DNA from: an uncultured Micavibrio sp.
GTDB lineage: Bacteria > Pseudomonadota > Alphaproteobacteria > Micavibrionales > UBA2020
Direction of reading: 5' to 3'
Assembly: GCA_964575605.1 (NCBI GenBank)
Contig: CAZNRN010000006.1
Span: 6,849 to 70,848 of the forward strand
Length of the DNA stretch: 64,000 nt
Shown piece after piece: positions 48,760 to 60,833 of this stretch. Each line of letters begins with the position of its first letter. Position 1 is the first letter of the stretch. The notes under the pieces are model-generated. The model saw only the letters and a program-made list of their open reading frames with translations, did not search any database and was not told the origin of the DNA. A program made the translations under genes and the position numbers.

Positions 48760-49080
48760 ATGCCACAGAAACTGACCCCGCATACAGCCGAATGGCTGGA
48801 TGCCTTCCAGATGCTTAATCCCGTACAAGCGGAACTGACGAAGCGTTTCATCAAACGCGCAGGCCACAGCTATGTCTGCACCACCTGCGGCGACACGCCG
48901 ATGGGCGATTACCTGGTGCAGATGATCCCCTATATCACGCTCCGGCTCTGCCAGCCCTGCCTCGACATCTATGCGCGCACCTATGGCGCAAGCCTGGCGC
49001 ATGTAAACGGCGACCGGCATGCGAACGGCGACGCGCGCCCGCAGGCGCACCAGGATAATGCCGCCGGCACAGCGGAATAA
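48760..49080 (+). CDS. Orphan 106-aa protein with a putative CxxC...CxxC zinc site
   Basis: YVCTTCGD...LRLCQPCLDIY; purine-rich gaaagaag upstream. Confidence 0.65.
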   Translation: MPQKLTPHTAEWLDAFQMLNPVQAELTKRFIKRAGHSYVCTTCGDTPMGDYLVQMIPYITLRLCQPCLDIYARTYGASLAHVNGDRHANGDARPQAHQDNAAGTAE

Positions 49081-49145
49081 ACAGGCGCCGCGATTCTCGC
49101 GCCCTTGCGACTCTGTTGAAAACGCTCGCTAAAACGGGCCTCCGT

Positions 49146-49173
49146 TTGACAGCCAGCCTGCTTCTGTTACACT
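49146..49173 (+). promoter_or_regulatory. sigma70-like promoter
   Basis: TTGACA-N16-TACACT. Confidence 0.55.
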
Positions 49174-49229
49174 TTTCCTAATGCAAAAAACCGATGTTGT
49201 TTGCCGACGGCCACCTGTTACGGGGTTGA

Positions 49230-49478
49230 ATGGTTAAAGAAACTGCGACTGCGCATTTTATCGCCGCGCTGGGCCTCGAACGCCTGTTTGAAAAAGCGAC
49301 GCGCGATTACCTCAGCCATTTTTACCAGCGCGTACTGGTCGAATACCGCAAGGAAGTGCAGGTGGAGCGCGCGCGCCTGATGCGCCAGTGCCCGCTGGAC
49401 TACCGCAAAGTTCGCATGCTCGACCGCGAGCTGGACGATATCTCCGCGATGATCCGGGAGCGGGAGATGGCGGGTTGA
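49230..49478 (+). CDS. Orphan 82-aa helical protein
   Basis: ggggttga RBS-like sequence, own promoter upstream; no recognised family. Confidence 0.55.
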   Translation: MVKETATAHFIAALGLERLFEKATRDYLSHFYQRVLVEYRKEVQVERARLMRQCPLDYRKVRMLDRELDDISAMIREREMAG

Positions 49479-49560
49479 TTATCCATAATAATGGCCACTT
49501 GCGTTTTTGAACGCGGGGGCGTAGATATGGCAAGCTTCCTTTAGGGCAGGAGATTGATCC

Positions 49561-50166
49561 ATGGCACGCAGCCTCAATAAAACGCGCATGCGCGACACCC
49601 GTATCCTGATTGGCTTGACCATCGCCGCCGGTGTCTTCTGCAAAACCATGTTTCCCGATGATACCATCCCGCACGAGGTTCTGGACCTGACGGGCTATAT
49701 CCTCGTGACTATTTGCGCCATCGGGCGGATTTACTGCACGGCCTTTATCGGCGGCGAGAAAAACGCCCAGCTGGTAACCTGGGGGCCTTATTCGATGTGC
49801 CGCAACCCGCTTTACTTCTTTTCGCTCTGCGGCGCGGCGGGCGTGGGCACGATGACGACCTCGATCGCGGCCTTTGCCATTATCTTCACCGGCTTTTTCA
49901 TTATCTACCAAGGCCTTATCGCGCGGGAGGAGGAATTCCTCGAGGCGAAGTTCGGCCAGCCCTACCGCGACTATTGCCAGCGCGTGCCGCGCCTCTTCCC
50001 GTCTTTCAGGAACGTCTACTTCCCCGAGGAAGTGACGATGCACCCGAAATTCCTGAACAAGGGCGTGCTCGACGCCGTCTGGTGGTTTGCGGCCTTCCCG
50101 CTGATCGAGGCGGCCGAGATGCTGCAGGCAAGCGGCATCATCAAGCCCATCATGCAGCTCTTCTGA
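49561..50166 (+). CDS. ICMT/Ste14-family membrane methyltransferase (third copy)
   Basis: GRIYCTAFIGGEKNAQLVTWGPYSMCRNPLY, REEEFLEAKFG..YRDYCQRVPR. Confidence 0.85.
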   Translation: MARSLNKTRMRDTRILIGLTIAAGVFCKTMFPDDTIPHEVLDLTGYILVTICAIGRIYCTAFIGGEKNAQLVTWGPYSMCRNPLYFFSLCGAAGVGTMTTSIAAFAIIFTGFFIIYQGLIAREEEFLEAKFGQPYRDYCQRVPRLFPSFRNVYFPEEVTMHPKFLNKGVLDAVWWFAAFPLIEAAEMLQASGIIKPIMQLF

Positions 50167-50315
50167 AAATTCCCTAACGCCTTGAAAAGCCTTCCGGCGA
50201 GGGTGCGTTATGGCACCCGTTTTTTCTTGATCATCTCTTCACATTAACAGGGCGCGGGTGTATATCTTTTTGAAATACCTTGCCTCTTAAAATCCCCAAA
50301 CACGGATTCAATATA

Positions 50316-53778
<3,463 letters not shown>

Positions 53779-53781
53779 GCC

Positions 53782-53901
53782 ATGCCTCACAGCGACCTGC
53801 ACAAGCAAAAACGGGGCAAGAACATCGCGGTATTCATCGCCGTGCTGGCCTTCATGGCGACGATTTTCGCCGTCAGCATCATCCGCATGAAGGGCGGGTG
53901 A
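53782..53901 (+). CDS. Small single-TM cox-operon protein (39 aa, CoxF-like; absent from the ORF track)
   Basis: MPHSDLHKQKRGKNIAVFIAVLAFMATIFAVSIIRMKGG between ctaB and ctaG, 3-nt gaps on both sides. Confidence 0.75.
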   Translation: MPHSDLHKQKRGKNIAVFIAVLAFMATIFAVSIIRMKGG

Positions 53902-53904
53902 GGC

Positions 53905-54528
53905 ATGACCACCCCCGCCGAGCAGCTGGCTGAAAAAAACCGCAAAGTCCTGCGCCGCACGCTGGGCCTTGTCGCCTTTATGGTGCTGGTGTCTTTCGTT
54001 TCCGTCCCGCTGTACCGCCTGACCTGCAAGGTCACGGGCTGGGGCGGCACGCCGCAGGAACAGCTGGACGCCGCCGCGCGCGCGCCGCATGAGGTGCAGA
54101 ACCGCGACATCACCGTGCGCTTCGACGCGCAGGCCGACCGCCGCCTCGCCTGGGATTTCAAGCCCGACCAGGGGCCCGTGACCGTGAAAGTGGGGGAGGA
54201 CAAGCTCGTCTCCTTCAGCGCGCACAATAAAACCGAAGCCCCCATCACCGGCACGGCCGTCTATAACGTGACGCCGCTGAAAGCGGGCAAATACTTCGTG
54301 AAGACCGAATGCTTCTGCTTCGCCGAACAGCTGCTGGCGCCCGGGCAGGCCGTGCATATGCCGGTGTCGTTCTATATCGACCCCGCCATCATGCAGGACC
54401 GCGATATGGCCGATGTCGGTACGATCACGCTGTCATACACCTTCTACCGCGCGTCGTCCGACGAACTGGACGCCGCGACAAACACATTCATCGAACAGCA
54501 CGGTGCCGATACCGTGAATAAAGGATAA
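53905..54528 (+). CDS. ctaG: Cytochrome c oxidase assembly protein CtaG/Cox11
   Basis: VPLYRL.CKVTGWGGT, YNVTP..AGKYF.K.ECFCF.EQ, MPVSFYIDP. Confidence 0.97.
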   Translation: MTTPAEQLAEKNRKVLRRTLGLVAFMVLVSFVSVPLYRLTCKVTGWGGTPQEQLDAAARAPHEVQNRDITVRFDAQADRRLAWDFKPDQGPVTVKVGEDKLVSFSAHNKTEAPITGTAVYNVTPLKAGKYFVKTECFCFAEQLLAPGQAVHMPVSFYIDPAIMQDRDMADVGTITLSYTFYRASSDELDAATNTFIEQHGADTVNKG

Positions 54529-54542
54529 ATAAGGGGACAAAC

Positions 54543-55409
54543 ATGTCAGACGAACATATCCATTACGACCTCAAATCCGGCAAGCCTCATCCTTATCATC
54601 TGGTGAAGCCCTCTCCCTGGCCGCTGTTCGGCTCGATGGCGGCGGGTACGCTGGCCGCGGGCGCCGTGATGTACATGCACAAATTCGCGCCGGGCGGTTT
54701 CTCCATTGGCCTGAAAGGCGTGATACTGGGCTTTATCCTCGTCGGCCTCGTCATGTACGGCTGGTGGAAAGACGTGGTGAAGGAGGCAGTGGTCGAAAAG
54801 GCGCACACGCCCATCACCAAAATCGGCTTCCGCTACGGCATGGCGCTGTTTATTTCGTCCGAGGTGATGTTCTTCGTCGCCTTCTTCTGGGCGTTCTTCG
54901 CGTCCTCGCTGTTCCCGACCGCCGCCATCGGCGGCATCTGGCCGCCCGCAAGCGTCACGCCGATCAAGGCGTTCGAGCTGCCCTTCATGATGACCATGAT
55001 CCTGCTGCTCTCGGGCTGCACCTGCACCTGGGCGCACCACGCGATTTTGGAAGGCAAGAGGGACGAGGCGACCAAGGCGCTGCTGATTACCATCCTTCTG
55101 GGATGCGCTTTCACCTTCTTCCAGGGCTTCGAATACATCCATGCCACCTTCCGCTTCAAGGATACGGACGGCGGCACGATTTATTCCTCGGCCTTCTATA
55201 TGGCGACCGGGTTCCACGGCTTCCACGTGCTGGTCGGCACGATCTTCCTGATCGTCTGCTACTTCCGCAACAAGAAAGGCCACTTCCTGCCCAACAGCCA
55301 TTTTGGCTTCGAGGCCGCGGCATGGTACTGGCACTTCGTTGACGTGGTATGGCTGTTCCTGTTTGCCGCGATCTACTGGTGGGGCAACACCCCCGCCGTG
55401 GCCGGATAA
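54543..55409 (+). CDS. coxC: Cytochrome c oxidase subunit III
   Basis: HPYHLVKPSPWP, LFISSEVMFF, TGFHGFHV, AAWYWHFVDVVWLFL. Confidence 0.98.
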   Translation: MSDEHIHYDLKSGKPHPYHLVKPSPWPLFGSMAAGTLAAGAVMYMHKFAPGGFSIGLKGVILGFILVGLVMYGWWKDVVKEAVVEKAHTPITKIGFRYGMALFISSEVMFFVAFFWAFFASSLFPTAAIGGIWPPASVTPIKAFELPFMMTMILLLSGCTCTWAHHAILEGKRDEATKALLITILLGCAFTFFQGFEYIHATFRFKDTDGGTIYSSAFYMATGFHGFHVLVGTIFLIVCYFRNKKGHFLPNSHFGFEAAAWYWHFVDVVWLFLFAAIYWWGNTPAVAG

Positions 55410-55410
55410 A

Positions 55411-55438
55411 GAAAAAGCCGCCTTCGGGCGGCTTTTTC
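55411..55438. terminator. Bidirectional Rho-independent terminator after coxC
   Basis: gaaaaagccgcc-ttcg-ggcggctttttc. Confidence 0.92.
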
Positions 55439-55467
55439 TTGTCCAGCGGGCGGGTAATTGTCTGGGC

Positions 55468-56325
55468 TTATTCCATCCCCGGCGCGTAGCGGGTGTTGAT
55501 GCGCTTAACGGGGGTGACGGGGGTTTTGTCGATGCTTTTTTCGCGCAGCAGGGAGGTGAGCTCGAGCACCGTGGCGCGAAGCTCTTTTACCTCGGCGGAA
55601 AGACTTTCGATGCTAGGCGGAGCGGTCGGGGCGGTATAGTCCCTGAGGCGCTCCAGCAGCAGCACGGCGTCGAGGTTGCCGAGCGAGCGCTCCCACGAGG
55701 CGGCCTTGGTGACATCCGCGCCGTGCTTGTCGATCAGGTGGCGGCAGACGGCGTCGTTGCCGGCCAGCGCCGCGCGGCGCAGCAGCTGTTCCCCGTTCGC
55801 GCGCGGGTCGAGCCCTGCGGCGGCGAGGATGTCGATGGCGGTGGTGAGGCCTTTATCGGTTGCCGCAAAAAGCAGTTCTTCCTTTTTCTCGACATTGCTG
55901 AGCCCGCCCGCGGCGATTTTGCGCAGCAACGGCATTTTCTGATCCTCGGGCATATCCATGCGCAGCAGCAGCATGGCGGCATGGTTGTCGGTCGCGTTGC
56001 CCCGATCAAAGGTGGGGCAAGCGTAGATGAAGGCGGCGGCGGCCGCGGCATTGCCGGATTGCAGCGCGGCGGGCACCATGAAGGTGCTCATCAGGCGGGG
56101 CATGTCGTCAATGCCATGCCTGAACCAGTGGGTGACGATTTTGTCGATATTGGCGGCCATCAGCTGCGCCATGGGGGCCGACATGGGCGTATAGGTCTCG
56201 CGGTTCATCAGGCCGAAATAGGAGAATTTGCTGGCCAGCAGCTGCTCCATCGCCTTCAGGTCATCGGATGAGATGGCGGCGTTGATCTGGCCGCTTCTCG
56301 TTTTGAACATGTCTGACAGCGCCAT
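55468..56325 (-). CDS. Ankyrin-repeat-like protein with C-terminal coiled coil
   Basis: ELLFAATDKGLTTAIDILAAAGLDP; QLLRRAALAGNDAVCRHLIDKHGADV; no signal peptide. Confidence 0.7.
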   Translation of the reverse strand: MALSDMFKTRSGQINAAISSDDLKAMEQLLASKFSYFGLMNRETYTPMSAPMAQLMAANIDKIVTHWFRHGIDDMPRLMSTFMVPAALQSGNAAAAAAFIYACPTFDRGNATDNHAAMLLLRMDMPEDQKMPLLRKIAAGGLSNVEKKEELLFAATDKGLTTAIDILAAAGLDPRANGEQLLRRAALAGNDAVCRHLIDKHGADVTKAASWERSLGNLDAVLLLERLRDYTAPTAPPSIESLSAEVKELRATVLELTSLLREKSIDKTPVTPVKRINTRYAPGME

Positions 56326-56422
56326 ATTTCTTGTCCTTTTGATATCGGGCAAGGGTAGGCGCACGAGTGTGTTATGTCAAGATGCTATGGAAATGAGTAT
56401 TTTCAGGGGTTTGGGGAGAGGC

Positions 56423-57238
56423 TTAGCCCATCCCGGTTTTCGGCTTCGCAGGCGCGGTGGAGCGGGTTTCTTCGGTTTTGGGGAATTCGACGGGGCAGGT
56501 CTTGTAGCTGGGGTCGCGGATGAACTCTTTCATGACGGCCAGCAGCTGCTTGTCTTCTTCCGCCTGCTTGCGCTGCGCTTCTTCCCAGGCACGGCGCTGG
56601 GCTTCGACGGGCTGCTGCACAAGGTGCGCGTGGCCGTCCTTGTCCAGCGTGATGGCGCCGCTTTTCAGCGCGTCCTGCACAAATTGTTTGGCGAAGCCCA
56701 TGCGGCTGAGGACCTCGAACTTCATCAGGTTGGGCGCGACGAAGGGGTTTTTCTCAAGCGCGGCGTAATCCGTCGGCGTGAAAACCTCGGGGGTGGCCTG
56801 GCGTTCCTTGTATTCGAAATACTTTTCAATCAGGCGGCCCTGCTGCTCGAGGTTATAGTCCTTGAAATCCTTTTTCGGGTCGAGCTTGAATTCGTATGTG
56901 GAGGCGTAATTGCCGAAGCTCGAGATGCCGAGGCCGAGGCCTTCCAGCTGCGGGTCGCGGCCCTGCTGCTTCTGCCAGACGTGCGTCATTTCGTGCATGA
57001 ACAGGCTGCGGCGGAAACCCGTCGAATAGTCGTCCTGATAAATGGCGGTGGGGTAATACATGTTGCCGTCGGGCGTCATGGCCGTGTTGTCGTCCTGCCC
57101 GATGGGCGGGTAATGCCTGTGGTAGAGCCGCACCTTGCTGTAATCGATGCTGTTGCCGAAGACGGTTTTGGCCATCTCGATCTCGCCCTTTGTCAGCGGG
57201 CGGCTTTCGCCGTACTTGATATTAGGCTCGTCACCCAC
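56423..57238 (-). CDS. HExxH zinc-metallopeptidase-like protein (DUF4157/Rhs-VgrG-associated type) with C-terminal extension
   Basis: RPLTKGE..MAKTVFGNSIDY, TAMTPDG, LFMHEMTHVWQ, DYNLEQQ; GTG start preceded by aagggg. Confidence 0.78.
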   Translation of the reverse strand: MGDEPNIKYGESRPLTKGEIEMAKTVFGNSIDYSKVRLYHRHYPPIGQDDNTAMTPDGNMYYPTAIYQDDYSTGFRRSLFMHEMTHVWQKQQGRDPQLEGLGLGISSFGNYASTYEFKLDPKKDFKDYNLEQQGRLIEKYFEYKERQATPEVFTPTDYAALEKNPFVAPNLMKFEVLSRMGFAKQFVQDALKSGAITLDKDGHAHLVQQPVEAQRRAWEEAQRKQAEEDKQLLAVMKEFIRDPSYKTCPVEFPKTEETRSTAPAKPKTGMG

Positions 57239-57327
57239 GCGCCATACCCCTTTTTCCCTGATAGGGTTATTTTACCACGGATGGCATTTTTGGGCGAGGG
57301 TTCGCGGGGAATAGCCTGCGATTCCAG

Positions 57328-57918
57328 CTATTTGACTTTGGGCGGTTTTGGTTTTTTCGGATTGGTGGGGAAAGCGTCGCGTTTCGCATAGGCGGGGTCG
57401 GCGATGAACTTTTCCAGCACTTTTTCGAAGAGGCGTTTTTTCTCGGCGTCGTCGCAGTGGCTGTCCTTGCAGTTGCCCCAGAACTGGTACGCGCCGCCTT
57501 CCTGCTTCATCGCGAAATAATCCTGCACGATGCTGGCCTGCTGCTCCATGTTGTAGTCGATAAGGTCTTTTTTCTCGTCGAGCTTGTACGGGTAAGCCGC
57601 GGCGTAGTTGAAGCCGTGGGAAAGGTTGAGGCGCACGGCCTCGGCCATCGGCGCCAGCACCTTGTTCTGGTACTGCCAGACATGCGTCATTTCGTGGACG
57701 AAGAGCGCCTTCCAGTAGGTGTCCTCTTTCGAATAGTCATCCTTGTAGCAGCCCGGCATGAAGAGGTGGCCGTTCGGCGCCATGGCCGTGCCCTCGGGCA
57801 GCATCGACAGCGCCATGAATTTCTCGTCCGAAATCGTGATGCTCTTGTAATCGAGGCTGTTGCCGAAAACGGTTTTGGCAAGCGCGGTTTCACCGGGGGT
57901 GAGCGGGCGGGCGGGCAT
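57328..57918 (-). CDS. HExxH zinc-metallopeptidase-like protein, tandem paralog
   Basis: RPLTPGE..LAKTVFGNSLDY, TAMAPNG, LFVHEMTHVWQ, DYNMEQQ. Confidence 0.8.
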   Translation of the reverse strand: MPARPLTPGETALAKTVFGNSLDYKSITISDEKFMALSMLPEGTAMAPNGHLFMPGCYKDDYSKEDTYWKALFVHEMTHVWQYQNKVLAPMAEAVRLNLSHGFNYAAAYPYKLDEKKDLIDYNMEQQASIVQDYFAMKQEGGAYQFWGNCKDSHCDDAEKKRLFEKVLEKFIADPAYAKRDAFPTNPKKPKPPKVK

Positions 57919-58048
57919 TCGAGCCTCTCTTCAAATTTTGATGTCCCTTAGTTGTGGACGGGGTTTATGCCGTAAGCAAGGGGGTTTATGGCATGTATTG
58001 ACATAAACCGGCAGGGGTTCTATAACGGGCTGTTTTTAGGAGATGAGA

Positions 58049-58570
58049 ATGTTCGACAAGAACTTCGGCCGGGTCGTTTTAACGCTGCTGCTGATGGCGG
58101 GTGTAGCCGCCGTGGGCGCGGCTGCGCTGGGGGCCTGGGGCGCCTATGCGCTGGCCATCCACCTTGGCGCGTCCAAAGGCCTGGCAATCGCGGCTGCCGT
58201 CGGCGGCGCTGCGGCCGCGCCCGGCATGGGCTATGGCGGTTTTAAAGGCACCAAAAAACTGATGCGCTGGAACAAGAAGCGCAAGTGGCAGCAGCAGATG
58301 CAGCAGAACTACCAGCAGCCCGCCACCTATGCGCCGCCCGTGAGCGCGCCCGTGCCGCGCCCCGAAACGACGCCCGACGGCACGCCCACCATCTTCGTCG
58401 ACGCGATGGAGAAGCTGGAAGAAATGAAGCCCGAGGAGCGCAAGAAATACCTCGAGACCCTGCGCGACAAGTTCCCGAACGAGGTCGACACGCTGCACGG
58501 CTATGACGAGAAGATGGCGCTGAAACAGCCGCTGAAACCCGCCAAGAAAATCACCCTCGCGCAGAAATAA
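58049..58570 (+). CDS. Orphan protein with Gly/Ala-rich TM hairpin, Gln/Pro linker and helical C-domain (alternative start 58043)
   Basis: AGGAG RBS 6 nt before ATG 58049; glycine-zipper-like hydrophobic segments. Confidence 0.72.
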   Translation: MFDKNFGRVVLTLLLMAGVAAVGAAALGAWGAYALAIHLGASKGLAIAAAVGGAAAAPGMGYGGFKGTKKLMRWNKKRKWQQQMQQNYQQPATYAPPVSAPVPRPETTPDGTPTIFVDAMEKLEEMKPEERKKYLETLRDKFPNEVDTLHGYDEKMALKQPLKPAKKITLAQK

Positions 58571-58644
58571 AGTTTCTGTAAATTCCGCATTTCTATACGT
58601 TTTCCGGCCAGCGTCTTATAATCGGCGGTCTGGAAGGGGAAGGC

Positions 58645-59343
58645 ATGCGATTCACCGATAAAAAAGCGCTCGTGACGGTCATCATCGGCTTTTCGGTGCT
58701 GGTGCTGCTGGGCTGCTGGCAGATGCGGCGGCTGGAGTGGAAGACCGACCTTATCGCCAAAATGGAAGAGCGCCTGCAGCGCGAACCCGTCACCATGCCG
58801 CATGAGATTAACAACATCGGCAACTGGCAGTACCGCCGCGTCAACCTCTACGGCACCTTCCTGCACAAGAAAGAATTCCTGGTCGGCCCGCGCACGCTGG
58901 ACGGCACCCCCGGCTATTACCTTGTCACACCCTTCGAGCATCAGGACGGCAAGGGCGCGGTGATGGTCAACCGCGGGTTCGTCGACGACGCGCACCTGAC
59001 ATCGCTCGACAGGCCGCAAGGCGTGCAGAACGTCACAGGCACGATGATGATGGCGGACCGCGGCACCTATCCCGCCAACGACTTCGACAAGCGCCAGTGG
59101 TACTGGATCGAGCCGGCGGCCATGGGGCAGGCGGCGGGGCTGGATGTCGTATCGCCGCTCGTCGTCGTCGCCGCGCCGCAGGGTAACGCCGCCTGGCCGA
59201 AAGCGCTGCCCGCCAAGCCCGAAATCAGGAACGAGCATAAACAATACGCGATTTTCTGGTTCACGATGGCCTTCATCCTGCTCGCCATCTATATCACTTG
59301 GCAGCGCGCACAAAATAAGGGGAAACGGCATGCAGGCGTATAA
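58645..59343 (+). CDS. surf1: SURF1/Shy1 cytochrome oxidase biogenesis protein
   Basis: LGCWQMRRLEWK, GYYLVTPF, VMVNRGFV, RNEHKQYAIFWF. Confidence 0.95.
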   Translation: MRFTDKKALVTVIIGFSVLVLLGCWQMRRLEWKTDLIAKMEERLQREPVTMPHEINNIGNWQYRRVNLYGTFLHKKEFLVGPRTLDGTPGYYLVTPFEHQDGKGAVMVNRGFVDDAHLTSLDRPQGVQNVTGTMMMADRGTYPANDFDKRQWYWIEPAAMGQAAGLDVVSPLVVVAAPQGNAAWPKALPAKPEIRNEHKQYAIFWFTMAFILLAIYITWQRAQNKGKRHAGV

Positions 59344-60829
59344 GCAACTGGAAGAACGTTTCGGCCAGATACAGGCGCTGAAACAGGTCAGCAGCCTGAT
59401 CGACTGGGACAAATCCGTGATGATGCCCGAAAAGGGCGGCGAGCAGCGCGCGCGCCAGATGGAAGTGCTGAACGTCAAGATCCACGAAATGCAGACCGAC
59501 CCCAAGGTCGGCGACTGGATTTCAAGCGCCGTCAACGAAGACCTGACCGAATGGCAGCGCGCCAATGTGCGCATCATCGAATGGCTCTACGCGCACGCAA
59601 CGGCCGTGCCCGCGCAGCTGGTGGCGCGCAAAATGAACCAGCAGACGAAAACCGAAATGATCTGGCGCAAGGCGCGCGCCAACGACGATTTCATGATGGT
59701 GCGGGACGAGCTGGAGCGCCTGCTGGACATCGTGCGCGAATTCGCCAGCGCCAAGGCCGGGAAGCTGAATAAACCCTTATACGACGCGCTCTTCGACAAC
59801 TATTCCCCCGGCATGACATCGGCCGAGGTCGACGTGATTTTCGACGATATGGCGGCATTTATCCCGGGCTTCCTGAACGAGGTCATTGAAAAACAAAAAC
59901 CCGCCCTGCCGCTCAAGGGGCCTTACCCCGTCGAGACGCAAAAGAAGCTGTGCCTGCAGCTGGCGCAATTCCTGGGCATGGAGCCGCAGTGGAGCCGCCT
60001 TGACGCCTCCGCCCACCCGTTCAGCATGGGCATCGGCGATGACGTGCGCATCACCACGCGCTTCAACGAAAAAGATTTCACCAACGCCATGCAGGCGGTG
60101 GCGCATGAAGTCGGCCACGGGCTCTACGACCGCTACACGCCGCGCGAATGGCACAGCCAGCCGGTGGGGGCGAGCCTGCACATGGGCCTCGCCATCCATG
60201 AATCGCAGAGCCTGTCGCTCGACCAGCAATTGGCGCGTTCCCGCGAGTACTGGGATTTCATGGCGCCGCACGTGCAAAAGGCCTTCGGGCAGGAGGGTGC
60301 GCCGGAACTGTCCGCCGAAAACATCCACCGCCATGTGACGACCGTTTCCCGCGGCTTTATCCGCGTCGAGGCGGACGAGGTTGCCTACCCCGCGCATGTT
60401 ATCGCGCGCTACCGCCTTGAAAAACGCATGGTGGAAAGCAAGCTGGAGGTGAAAGACCTGCCCGCCGCCTGGAACGCCGAATTTAAGGGGCTGGTGGGCG
60501 TCGAGCCGCCGTCGGATAAATTCGGCTGCCTGCAGGATATCCACTGGTACATGGGCGCCTTCGGCTATTTCCCCACCTATGCGCTGGGCGCGTTTTTGGC
60601 CGCGCAATATGCCGACAAGATGAAAACCGATATCCCGAACTTCAGCGACGAAATGCGCAAGGGCAATTTCACCGTCATGACCAACTGGCTGACCGGCAAC
60701 GTGCAGATGAAGGGATGCCTCTACCCGCCGATGGAACTGGTGGAGCGCGCCACGGGGCAGAAAATGTCGACGGATTTCTTCAAAAGGCACCTGACGGAAC
60801 GGTACCTGAATAAAAAATATGCGGGGTGA
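59330..60829 (+). CDS. Carboxypeptidase Taq-like, peptidase family M32
   Basis: WDKSVMMP, HPFS, DVRITTR, HEVGHGLY, HESQS, IRVEADE, GCLQDIHW, FGYFPTYALG. Confidence 0.95.
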   Translation: MQAYKQLEERFGQIQALKQVSSLIDWDKSVMMPEKGGEQRARQMEVLNVKIHEMQTDPKVGDWISSAVNEDLTEWQRANVRIIEWLYAHATAVPAQLVARKMNQQTKTEMIWRKARANDDFMMVRDELERLLDIVREFASAKAGKLNKPLYDALFDNYSPGMTSAEVDVIFDDMAAFIPGFLNEVIEKQKPALPLKGPYPVETQKKLCLQLAQFLGMEPQWSRLDASAHPFSMGIGDDVRITTRFNEKDFTNAMQAVAHEVGHGLYDRYTPREWHSQPVGASLHMGLAIHESQSLSLDQQLARSREYWDFMAPHVQKAFGQEGAPELSAENIHRHVTTVSRGFIRVEADEVAYPAHVIARYRLEKRMVESKLEVKDLPAAWNAEFKGLVGVEPPSDKFGCLQDIHWYMGAFGYFPTYALGAFLAAQYADKMKTDIPNFSDEMRKGNFTVMTNWLTGNVQMKGCLYPPMELVERATGQKMSTDFFKRHLTERYLNKKYAG

Positions 60830-60833
60830 TTAA

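Noticed and set aside
49479-49487. DnaA-box-like TTATCCATA, and a possible origin near rpmH or hdaA
   Set aside because: A single mismatched box with no cluster; no dnaA or hemE in the window
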